A DNA stretch of 64,000 nt from an uncultured Candidatus Saccharibacteria bacterium (GTDB lineage: Bacteria; Patescibacteriota; Minisyncoccia; Ryanbacterales; GWA2-47-10b). Position 1 is the first letter of the stretch, and each line of letters opens with the position of its first letter. The notes beneath the pieces were generated by a model, which was not told the origin of the DNA, ran no database searches, and was given only the letters and a program-made list of their open reading frames with translations. The DNA lies in NCBI GenBank assembly GCA_964356915.1, contig CAYHJF010000002.1, forward strand, positions 148,522 through 212,521, in the 5' to 3' direction. The position numbers were made by a program, and so were the translations under genes. Shown one piece after another: positions 31,923-39,282 of the stretch.

Positions 31923-33140
31923 ATGAACGTAGATTTAGTAACGCAAGGATTTCTCTCAAGCTTTCAATTCGCCGACTTTCTCGACGTTATTATTATTGCC
32001 ATCCTCGTATACTCAGGCATTATATTTTTCAAACAAACGCGCTCTCTGCTCGTACTCACCGGCATCGGCATCATTCTTGGTCTCTATGGTTTTGCTCGCG
32101 TATTCAATCTTTATCTCACGACTATCGTTTTTCAATCCTTTTTCAGCGTTTTCCTTGTCATCCTTGCAGTTGTATTCCAGGACGAAATTCGACGCTACCT
32201 TGAATTCATCGCATCTCTGAGTACCCGCCAACGTCATGCTGAACCACTCCAAACAAACTCCGAATCCTTTGAAGCAATTCTGCAGGCCATCGCGCACCTT
32301 GCTCATCAAAAACATGGAGCACTTATTGTTATTCGAGGTCATGAGCCCATAGATCGACACCTTGAAGGCGGATCTCCGCTCGACGGAGTCATATCTGAAG
32401 AACTTATTGAAAGTATTTTTGATCCTACATCCCCTGGACATGACGGCGCTATCGTCATTAACCGCGAACGTATTGCTACCATGGGAACTCACCTACCACT
32501 TTCCAATAACTTTCCCGAAATCGGCAAACATGGCACACGACACTCCGCAGCTCTCGGCATCGCAGAACGTACGGATGCATTTGCAATCGTTGTCTCCGAA
32601 GAACAAGGAACAATTTCTATTGCGCGAGATGGAAAATTAGAAACCTGTGCTGACGTAGAAGCACTGCGACAAAACCTCAATGGCTTCCTTAAAATCAAGT
32701 GGCCCGAGGAGACATATCGTCCGTGGGAACGAATCATCAAACAAAATTCCGTAGAAAAGATCATTGCGACTGGGATCTCAGTCTCACTATGGTTTTTTGT
32801 AGCCCTCCGCGCAGACATCGTACAGCGAGAATTTACTGTACCAATCGCCTATCAAAATGTACCTGAAAATATTATTGTCGAGGAAGCTCGTCCCAAAGAA
32901 ATCACTGTCACCCTTGAAGGCCGAGGAACATCTGCATTTGAGCAACTCGTGCCCGAAGATCTTGGCGTCATCCTTGATGGTCAAACATTTCAGCCCGGTA
33001 CCACGGAGGTCACTGTTGGGGAAAACATGATTACGCATCCAAATACTTTTTCAGTAATCAAAATCCGTCCTCAAAAAATTAAAATCATCACCCGACTTGA
33101 CCAGCAAACTGAAATCAAGTCACAAAATACGCTCCGCTAG
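31923..33140 (+). CDS. cdaA: Diadenylate cyclase CdaA fused to a YbbR/CdaR-like domain
   Basis: 3 TM + VFQDEIRR, HDGA, GTRHSAA, VSEE; then TM LWFFV and a YbbR-like domain. Confidence 0.82.
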   Translation: MNVDLVTQGFLSSFQFADFLDVIIIAILVYSGIIFFKQTRSLLVLTGIGIILGLYGFARVFNLYLTTIVFQSFFSVFLVILAVVFQDEIRRYLEFIASLSTRQRHAEPLQTNSESFEAILQAIAHLAHQKHGALIVIRGHEPIDRHLEGGSPLDGVISEELIESIFDPTSPGHDGAIVINRERIATMGTHLPLSNNFPEIGKHGTRHSAALGIAERTDAFAIVVSEEQGTISIARDGKLETCADVEALRQNLNGFLKIKWPEETYRPWERIIKQNSVEKIIATGISVSLWFFVALRADIVQREFTVPIAYQNVPENIIVEEARPKEITVTLEGRGTSAFEQLVPEDLGVILDGQTFQPGTTEVTVGENMITHPNTFSVIKIRPQKIKIITRLDQQTEIKSQNTLR

Positions 33141-34306
33141 TTTTTCCGATATTCTTTCTCCAACTCCTCGAGCGCGCCTGCTTTGATGGCAGCTCGAATT
33201 TTACTCATCAAATCATTGAAAAAAAACACATTGTGCATCGTAGCAAAACGTCCTGCTTCGAGATTTTCTGCCTTAAACAACGCGCGTAATTCTCCTTTAG
33301 AAAGTTTCATGGTTCCGCACACAGGACATAAACACTCTGAATCAATCACCTCTCGGTCATCTTGATATCGTCCTTTGTGCAAATCAATACGTTCGCGACG
33401 CGTCCACAATGCCCCATGACGCGCCTCTCTCGTTGGAATGACGCAATCAAAAGTATCTATTCCGCGCTTTACTCCTTCAAAAATATCATCGATTTTTCCG
33501 ATACCTAATAAATGCCTATGCCTGTTTTCTGGCAACAACGGCACAGTCCAATCAAGCTCTCGAAATGTATCGCCTTTCTCACTCCCATATGAACTCCCGA
33601 AAGCTCCGCCAATAGCAAATCCCTCAAATGACATCGCGCCAATCGCGCGAGCGCTCTCACGACGCAAATCTTCAAAGACGCCTCCCTGGACAACGCCAAG
33701 CATCAGCTGATCTTTCCTTATTCGTGCTCGCAATGAACGTTCAGCCCAGCGATGTGTGCGCTCCATCGATTCTTTTGTATACTCGTATGAATGCACGGGC
33801 GAAGTACATTCATCAAACGCAACAATAAGATCGGCGCCTAGCCTTTCCTGGATAGCAACTGATTTTTCAGCATCTAAAAAATGTTGTTCTCCTTTCTGAT
33901 CTAAAAACGAAACTCCTTCTTCGGAGATCGTAACTCTGTTCTCTCGATTCTCTTTTTCAAATCGTGGCGAACCTCCGACTTTCCCCGCACCTCCTTCTCT
34001 GGCAGCACCGAAACTAAAAACCTGAAACCCACCTGAATCTGTCATGAGCGAACCACTCCATCCCATTGATTGATGTAGGCCGGGGTACTCTCCGAGCCCC
34101 TTCTCACCAAGTGCTTGCCATAAATGATATGTATTGGCAATAATCATCTGCGTATGCGTCGTCACAAGATCTTCGGGCGTGAGCGTACGTACTTTTGCAT
34201 GCGTACCAACAATTACATACGCAGGCGTTTCGACAACGCCATGAGTCGTATGTAATCTGCCTGTACGAGCGCGCGTATTTTTATCTTTTGTGGTTACTTC
34301 AAACAT
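33137..34306 (-). CDS. tgt: tRNA-guanine transglycosylase
   Basis: NTYHL, TDSGGFQVFS, FDCVIPTR, CLCPVC...HN. Confidence 0.93.
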   Translation of the reverse strand: MFEVTTKDKNTRARTGRLHTTHGVVETPAYVIVGTHAKVRTLTPEDLVTTHTQMIIANTYHLWQALGEKGLGEYPGLHQSMGWSGSLMTDSGGFQVFSFGAAREGGAGKVGGSPRFEKENRENRVTISEEGVSFLDQKGEQHFLDAEKSVAIQERLGADLIVAFDECTSPVHSYEYTKESMERTHRWAERSLRARIRKDQLMLGVVQGGVFEDLRRESARAIGAMSFEGFAIGGAFGSSYGSEKGDTFRELDWTVPLLPENRHRHLLGIGKIDDIFEGVKRGIDTFDCVIPTREARHGALWTRRERIDLHKGRYQDDREVIDSECLCPVCGTMKLSKGELRALFKAENLEAGRFATMHNVFFFNDLMSKIRAAIKAGALEELEKEYRKN

Positions 34307-34332
34307 GGAATATCATCATAGCAGGAGTTCAC

Positions 34333-34524
34333 GTGCCAAAAAAGCCACGCGTAAAACCGCATCTCAAGTCTGTTCACGTAAAATCATTACGTGACCCAGT
34401 TTCTCAAAGGCGCTTCAAAAAAGCGCGCGCATATTGGACCGAGCAAGCACGTCCTCTCATCGAAGCGTGCGAAAACGCAGAACGTCTTACTGCCGCGGAT
34501 TACGCCATCCGTATCACTATATAG
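34333..34524 (+). CDS. 63-aa basic hypothetical protein
   Basis: AGGAG RBS before GTG; ends at the hairpin shared with the RT gene. Confidence 0.5.
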   Translation: MPKKPRVKPHLKSVHVKSLRDPVSQRRFKKARAYWTEQARPLIEACENAERLTAADYAIRITI

Positions 34525-34530
34525 GGAAAG

Positions 34531-34549
34531 ACCCAATCTCTGATTGGGT
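34531..34549. terminator. Hairpin at the RT 3' end / DGR boundary
   Basis: Perfect ACCCAATC-TCT-GATTGGGT. Confidence 0.6.
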
Positions 34550-35565
34550 TATTTTTTAATCCCCAAAGCCTGCGTCCCAAGATAACTTCTCACTTTTTCT
34601 GTAAGCCGGTAACAATTTCCATGCTTCAAAATACCGAAATACGATTGGATCGTTTCCTCATTTCTTTGTTTTCGTTCAAGCATTCGAAATATTCTCTTTC
34701 TCGTAACAGTTCTCAATATTCGATGGTAGGGAAAATGCAACCACCCAAGAAAATCTACACCCGAAGCAAATGTTTGTATAAATACCTTGTCGGGGTGTAG
34801 CTGAAGGCGCAATCGCTCCCATAAATAATTGCTGATTTTGGGAAGAATGACTTTAAGATACTCTTTATCTTGCGACAAAATCACAAAATCATCAGCATAG
34901 CGGGTATAGTATTTAGCTTTGAGTTTGTGTTTCATAAATTGGTCAAACTCATTCATATAGATATTTACAAGAAGCTGGCTCGTGAGATTGCCGAGCGGCA
35001 GCCCCTTGCCTTTTTCTGTTGAGTAAAAACTGTCGACGATTTGAGATATCAGCCAGACAATATCTTTATCGAGAATATAGCTATTAATTACCTCCGTGAG
35101 GACTTTCTGGTCAACGGAAGCAAAGAACTTGCGTATGTCGCATTTCAAAACCCAAATGGTTTTTGTGTTATTTTCTGATGCTCGATAGGCAAACTCTCGA
35201 AACCTATCCATTGCCTTGTGTGTTCCCTTACCCAATCTGCATGAATACGAATCGACCACGAATGTCTTACCAAAAAATGAATAAAGTTTTCGATATAGAG
35301 CATGGTGGAGTAGTCTGTCTCTCACACTTGCTTTGTGAATATTTCTCGGTTTTGGGTCGGAAATATTGAATGCTTCGTAAGAGGAATGCGTGTAGGTTTT
35401 TGCTTTTAAATCATTGTGAAGCAAGATGATGTTGCTTATGAGATAGAGCTCAAATTGCTGGACATCCTTGCGATGCCGTTTGCCACGCACAAATTCTCTC
35501 CACGCATCAAGGAAATTTTCGAGAGAAATGATATCATCGTAGGTATGAGTGAATTGCCGTTTCAT
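34549..35565 (-). CDS. DGR reverse transcriptase
   Basis: KPRNI, VRDRLLHH, GKGTH, KCDIRKFF, GLPLGNLTSQ, RYADDF, DFLG; no maturase/HNH tail. Confidence 0.95.
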   Translation of the reverse strand: MKRQFTHTYDDIISLENFLDAWREFVRGKRHRKDVQQFELYLISNIILLHNDLKAKTYTHSSYEAFNISDPKPRNIHKASVRDRLLHHALYRKLYSFFGKTFVVDSYSCRLGKGTHKAMDRFREFAYRASENNTKTIWVLKCDIRKFFASVDQKVLTEVINSYILDKDIVWLISQIVDSFYSTEKGKGLPLGNLTSQLLVNIYMNEFDQFMKHKLKAKYYTRYADDFVILSQDKEYLKVILPKISNYLWERLRLQLHPDKVFIQTFASGVDFLGWLHFPYHRILRTVTRKRIFRMLERKQRNEETIQSYFGILKHGNCYRLTEKVRSYLGTQALGIKK

Positions 35566-35964
35566 AGAAATCTCGCCGGTACGCCCCCCCCCCGACAGGT
35601 TTTGCCTGTTTTACAGAAGCTGAAGGGCGCATATTTACTGTGGTACCAATATTACCAAGCATTACCCAAACTCCATCGGTATTCTCTCGGCAAAAGGGTA
35701 GATAATCTTTTTATAGAAAGCATTGAAGCTATCGCAAGTGCAAGCTTTCTTGTGCGAGAAGAAAAGATGCCGTATGTGCGTCTTGCCATTCGTAAAGTTG
35801 ATACACTCAAGATATTGTTGATGATTTTGTGGGAGACAAAATCTCTTGATAACAAGAAGTATGTGGCTGTTTCCATAAAGATTGATGAGATTGGGAAAAT
35901 GCTTGGAGGATGGAACGGACAGCTTACGAAACAAAACTCCCCGCCAAAAGCTAGGGAGAAATGA
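35545..35964 (+). CDS. avd: Avd-like accessory protein (four-helix bundle), antisense to TR/RT
   Basis: LPKLHRYSLGKRV...EIGKMLGGW; start ATG 35545 or TTG 35602. Confidence 0.85.
   Translation: MSELPFHRNLAGTPPPRQVLPVLQKLKGAYLLWYQYYQALPKLHRYSLGKRVDNLFIESIEAIASASFLVREEKMPYVRLAIRKVDTLKILLMILWETKSLDNKKYVAVSIKIDEIGKMLGGWNGQLTKQNSPPKAREK
35584..35593 (+). repeat. C10 homopolymer at the avd/RT junction
   Basis: acgCCCCCCCCCCgac. Confidence 0.9.
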
Positions 35965-35970
35965 AGAGAG

Positions 35971-36093
35971 TTGCGAGCCGCGCCGCAGGGTTGTTGTCGT
36001 TCCAGTCGTTGTCGAGCCAGCTATAGTTCCAGTTCCACCTGTCGTCATTGAAGTAGAGGTAGCGGACGTACAGGTTGCCATCCGAGTTGCGGT
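35971..36093 (-). repeat. DGR template repeat (TR)
   Basis: 123-nt ungapped match to 36459-36581; 33 adenines, 9 AAY codons. Confidence 0.97.
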
Positions 36094-36321
36094 GATGTAA
36101 AGCGTGCCGTCTGTGCCACTGCCCTTTGAATACTCTCGAGGCTGTATCGAATTCGGCATCTTCAATGCCTTAACACGCAATACCAAGTATCTTCATTTTT
36201 TAAGAGTTACCATCGTACCACTCTGCCTGAAACCGTAATCGCAGACACTCTCGGTATCGGGGATACTGGGTTCGGTAGCAAGAAACCATAGTCTCTCACA
36301 TATTCACCTACTGCCAAGAAT

Positions 36322-36330
36322 ATTTTAGCA
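36322..36330 (-). promoter_or_regulatory. Putative extended -10 promoter for the TR RNA
   Basis: TGCTAAAAT immediately downstream of the target-gene terminator. Confidence 0.45.
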
Positions 36331-36331
36331 T

Positions 36332-36365
36332 AAAAAATTACCCCCACATCGCGATGATGTGAGGG
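36332..36365 (-). terminator. Terminator of the DGR target gene
   Basis: CCCTCACATC-ATCGC-GATGTGGGGG then TAATTTTTT. Confidence 0.65.
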
Positions 36366-36406
36366 CACCCGTCAGAGGCTATTCGGGAAAGCCTTTTGCC
36401 GTTCAA

Positions 36407-36448
36407 AGGACCCAGTTCCAAGGTCAGAGACCAAAGGAACCGAGTCCC
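36407..36448 (-). other. Hairpin immediately 3' of VR/IMH
   Basis: GGGACTCGGTTCC..GGTC-TCT-GACC..GGAACTGGGTCCT (13-bp outer stem with 3 G-U pairs, 4-bp inner stem). Confidence 0.65.
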
Positions 36449-36453
36449 AAGAA

Positions 36454-36972
36454 CTAACTTGCGAGCCGCGCCGCAGGGCCGATGTCGTCCCAGTCGTCGT
36501 CGAGCCAGCTACAGGACCAGTCCCACCTGCCGCCATCGAAGTAGAGGCAGCGGACGAACAGGCGGCCACCCGAGCGGCGGTAGATGGTGCCCCAGAAGAA
36601 GACGGCTTTGCCTTTCCATTCCTCGGGGATGAGGTACTGGTTGGCGAGGAAGTAGTCGAGGACATTGGCGTTGAGCATCGGCTCACGCGCGAGCTCCTTT
36701 CGGAGCTTGTTGCCCTCGATGACCTTGCCGTCCTTCTGGTTCGGGGAGAGGTGGAGCGAGACCTTAGCGGGGCCCCACTCGAACTGGCCACCCTTCTTGT
36801 GCTCCTCGACCTTCCAGCCATCGGGCGTGAAAGGATCGACATCACAGTCGATGATGTGGCGGACGATGGTGACCTCCGCACGTCCTGAGAGGAGGCGGTG
36901 TACACCTTCCATACCACCCAGCTTGTTGACAATGGCTTCCACCTGTCCGAGATCCAGTTCTCCGTACTTCAC
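36454..36972 (-). CDS. DGR target (variable) protein, 172 aa, C-terminal VR
   Basis: AAGGAG RBS before GTG 36972; VR encodes the last ~41 residues. Confidence 0.92.
   Translation of the reverse strand: MKYGELDLGQVEAIVNKLGGMEGVHRLLSGRAEVTIVRHIIDCDVDPFTPDGWKVEEHKKGGQFEWGPAKVSLHLSPNQKDGKVIEGNKLRKELAREPMLNANVLDYFLANQYLIPEEWKGKAVFFWGTIYRRSGGRLFVRCLYFDGGRWDWSCSWLDDDWDDIGPAARLAS
36459..36581 (-). repeat. DGR variable repeat (VR)
   Basis: 19 mismatches to TR, all at TR adenines. Confidence 0.97.
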
Positions 36973-37043
36973 GGTTATCTCCTTTCGAGCTGTTTGCCCG
37001 ATTGCTTCTTGCTTCCCGCAAGCTGAGGGGCGTATGGCGTTCA

Positions 37044-37091
37044 TGCCACAGCAGAAAATGTCCTAGAAATGAGGCGCTTTCTGCTGTGGCA
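37044..37091. repeat. Perfect 14-bp inverted repeat in the target-gene leader
   Basis: TGCCACAGCAGAAA-20 nt-TTTCTGCTGTGGCA. Confidence 0.85.
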
Positions 37092-37126
37092 AGTCGCAAA
37101 TAGATATTTAAAGAGCTAACGGTTGC

Positions 37127-37155
37127 ATTGTACTATATAATCAGTATAATGTCAA
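37127..37155 (-). promoter_or_regulatory. sigma70 promoter of the DGR target gene
   Basis: TTGACA-17 nt-TACAAT. Confidence 0.75.
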
Positions 37156-37274
37156 TGGCTAAAATTGGCCTTATTTCTAGGGCTTTTTTGAATAAAAATC
37201 ATACGGATAAAAAACAAACGCTAGATATATTGGAGATTATTTGAGAAAAAGATTTTAAGTTGGGGAATATACGT

Positions 37275-37466
37275 TCAATCCCCAAAACTTGCTTCTTGTG
37301 GCTTGTCGTCGTCATGTGCATCAAACGCGCCATTATGTTTACCGCCCGTACAACGACACTCCGTGAGCGGTAATCCATGCTTTGGACAATGCGTTGCCTG
37401 ACATACGCCTGGCTTTTCTGATTCCCCTCGACATCCACCGGTACAAATATAATGAATATCTTCCAT
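37275..37466 (-). CDS. Small Cys/His-rich putative metal-binding protein
   Basis: HYICTGGC..GVCQATHC..ECRC..KH. Confidence 0.65.
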   Translation of the reverse strand: MEDIHYICTGGCRGESEKPGVCQATHCPKHGLPLTECRCTGGKHNGAFDAHDDDKPQEASFGD

Positions 37467-37480
37467 AGGATTAGTATATA

Positions 37481-37684
37481 TTATTTTGATTGAGCAATCA
37501 TGCGCGCTACTTCATCGCGACTCATGAGATTGCGCTTCGTCACTTCTTCAGCAACAAGTTTTTTAACCATATCTTCCATCATACTTTTTGAATCCTGCGC
37601 CTGCTTCATAAGACCCTGAATTTGTTCGGGTGACATATTTTTCATCATTTCCTGTGCCGCACGTAACTGATCAAACATTCCCAT
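37481..37684 (-). CDS. Small Met-rich helical hypothetical protein
   Basis: MGMFDQLRAAQEMMKNMSPEQ; tight operon packing. Confidence 0.6.
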   Translation of the reverse strand: MGMFDQLRAAQEMMKNMSPEQIQGLMKQAQDSKSMMEDMVKKLVAEEVTKRNLMSRDEVARMIAQSK

Positions 37685-37697
37685 GATATTTTTATTT

Positions 37698-38018
37698 TTA
37701 CTTGATAATAACGCCTGAGATAACTTGTTTATCCGGAGTAAGAAGAACGGGACCATCAACGCCATCGGCCGCAAGAAGCATGCCTTGGCTCTCAAGACCC
37801 ATCAACGACCGTGGCGCTAGATTTGCAACAACAACGATCTGCCTACCAATAAGACTTTCTGGCTCATACGCCTTTCCGATACCCGCAACAAGCTGTCGTT
37901 CTTCTCCACCAATACGAATTTGAAGCTTTAAAAGTTTTTCGGAACCTTCAACTCGCTCAGCGGAAAGTACATCAGCAATTTTTAATTCTGTATTTTTAAA
38001 TTCATCATAAGAAATCAT
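37698..38018 (-). CDS. tRNA-binding OB-fold protein (MetRS C-terminal/Trbp111-like)
   Basis: ISYDEF, EKLL, RQLVAGI, ANLAPR..G.ESQGMLLAA. Confidence 0.9.
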   Translation of the reverse strand: MISYDEFKNTELKIADVLSAERVEGSEKLLKLQIRIGGEERQLVAGIGKAYEPESLIGRQIVVVANLAPRSLMGLESQGMLLAADGVDGPVLLTPDKQVISGVIIK

Positions 38019-38410
38019 ATACCACTCTTTGTACCAAATGCGAGCCGATACGCAAGCATCCCTGTAACCGCAAGCTGAACTGTTGGAGAAAGCCCCGTAC
38101 GAATAATGGGAATAATTGGCATCGTGGACGCATATGCCCATCTTCCCGTTTCAAGCGCCCACCACTCAATGCCAATCGCAAAAATAATCCATATGGGCAC
38201 AGCCCACAATAGCACGTTCTGTATTTTCAAGAACCGCAACACAACCAGCGTAAACCCAAGATACAGCATATCGACAAATGACGCGTGCAATAAAACAAAT
38301 TCAGTGATTAGACTTCCTTTATAGTGCACGTACAACACGTAATGTAGATTTTCCCATACCACATTGCAAAGAAACGCAACTCCAAAAAACGACGTCACGC
38401 GTCCACTCAT
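38015..38410 (-). CDS. Membrane protein of unknown function
   Basis: 4 TM segments, overlaps both neighbours. Confidence 0.65.
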   Translation of the reverse strand: MSGRVTSFFGVAFLCNVVWENLHYVLYVHYKGSLITEFVLLHASFVDMLYLGFTLVVLRFLKIQNVLLWAVPIWIIFAIGIEWWALETGRWAYASTMPIIPIIRTGLSPTVQLAVTGMLAYRLAFGTKSGI

Positions 38411-39228
38411 GATTCAAGATTGTGTCCCACCCAAAAAGCGATCTCTTCAGAAACTCGATCTCCATCCAACGCATTTTTCCGTATGCTTTGCCCCTCAATC
38501 GTACGATCGAGATCGCTCAACGCGCGCTCATATACTGAAGCAACGTCCGGATTCTTACATACGACGCGCGCAAAACGTTCAAACGCCTCTACTTGAACCC
38601 TCGTTTCAAGCAACACCCGATCCCTCATGAGATGATGTCGCATATCCTCACCCTGTACCCAGGATCGCGCAACATTGTGCGTGGACTGTCGATCTCCTCC
38701 AACCACAACTCGAGGGACTCCTGACATCTCGCCTCTCATACCCAAAAAATTAGACTCAAAATATTTAATGCGAGTTAAATCACCAGAGCGTACTTCGTCT
38801 CGAATACGAAGAAGTTTTTCGGAAATATTTTTGCTGTACGTTACGTCAAACGCAAGCGCCATGTAAGACGCTGAGCGATCACCACGCTGAAACTCAATTG
38901 CCGCATCAACGCCATTAACAATGTCATCGAAGCGCGAAGTTTTTATCGTTGAAACCTGATCACCAAACCATTTACTAGTACGCACTCCGTCATGAACCAC
39001 CGCCTCTAAAACTGCCGCGAGTTTTGCGTTCTCTCTATCTTCAGGAGTTGCCCGTTCCGCGAATTGCTCCTCCCAACGCTTTACGCGCATAAGATCACGC
39101 TCAACATTATCTTGACCGTATAAATCAGCAAACACTAATGGATCGATCATGTCTTCGCGAAGCACTTCTTGAGCCCGTACATACGCGGTATCTAAAGGTG
39201 AAACGATTTCCATACCTCCTTCTTTCAT
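38407..39228 (-). CDS. Hypothetical protein, possible restriction-endonuclease-like fold
   Basis: SRFDDIVNGVD...LAFDVT acidic motifs. Confidence 0.6.
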   Translation of the reverse strand: MKEGGMEIVSPLDTAYVRAQEVLREDMIDPLVFADLYGQDNVERDLMRVKRWEEQFAERATPEDRENAKLAAVLEAVVHDGVRTSKWFGDQVSTIKTSRFDDIVNGVDAAIEFQRGDRSASYMALAFDVTYSKNISEKLLRIRDEVRSGDLTRIKYFESNFLGMRGEMSGVPRVVVGGDRQSTHNVARSWVQGEDMRHHLMRDRVLLETRVQVEAFERFARVVCKNPDVASVYERALSDLDRTIEGQSIRKNALDGDRVSEEIAFWVGHNLES

Positions 39229-39282
39229 ATGTTTTTCAGAAAAAATGATTATGATGCTAACGAATTTCTATAGAATAACCGC

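Larger units (their letters stand above)
34531..37155 (-). mobile_element. Diversity-generating retroelement (target-VR, TR, avd, RT)
   Basis: RT + Avd + TR/VR pair with adenine-only differences. Confidence 0.97.

Noticed and set aside
34549-35565. RT as a group II intron, retron or Abi RT
   Set aside because: Short RT with no maturase/endonuclease tail, a GNLTSQ motif, and adjacent Avd and TR/VR identify it as a DGR RT
35662-36186. 174-aa minus-strand ORF across TR
   Set aside because: Low-complexity off-frame reading of TR and antisense avd; no supporting RBS
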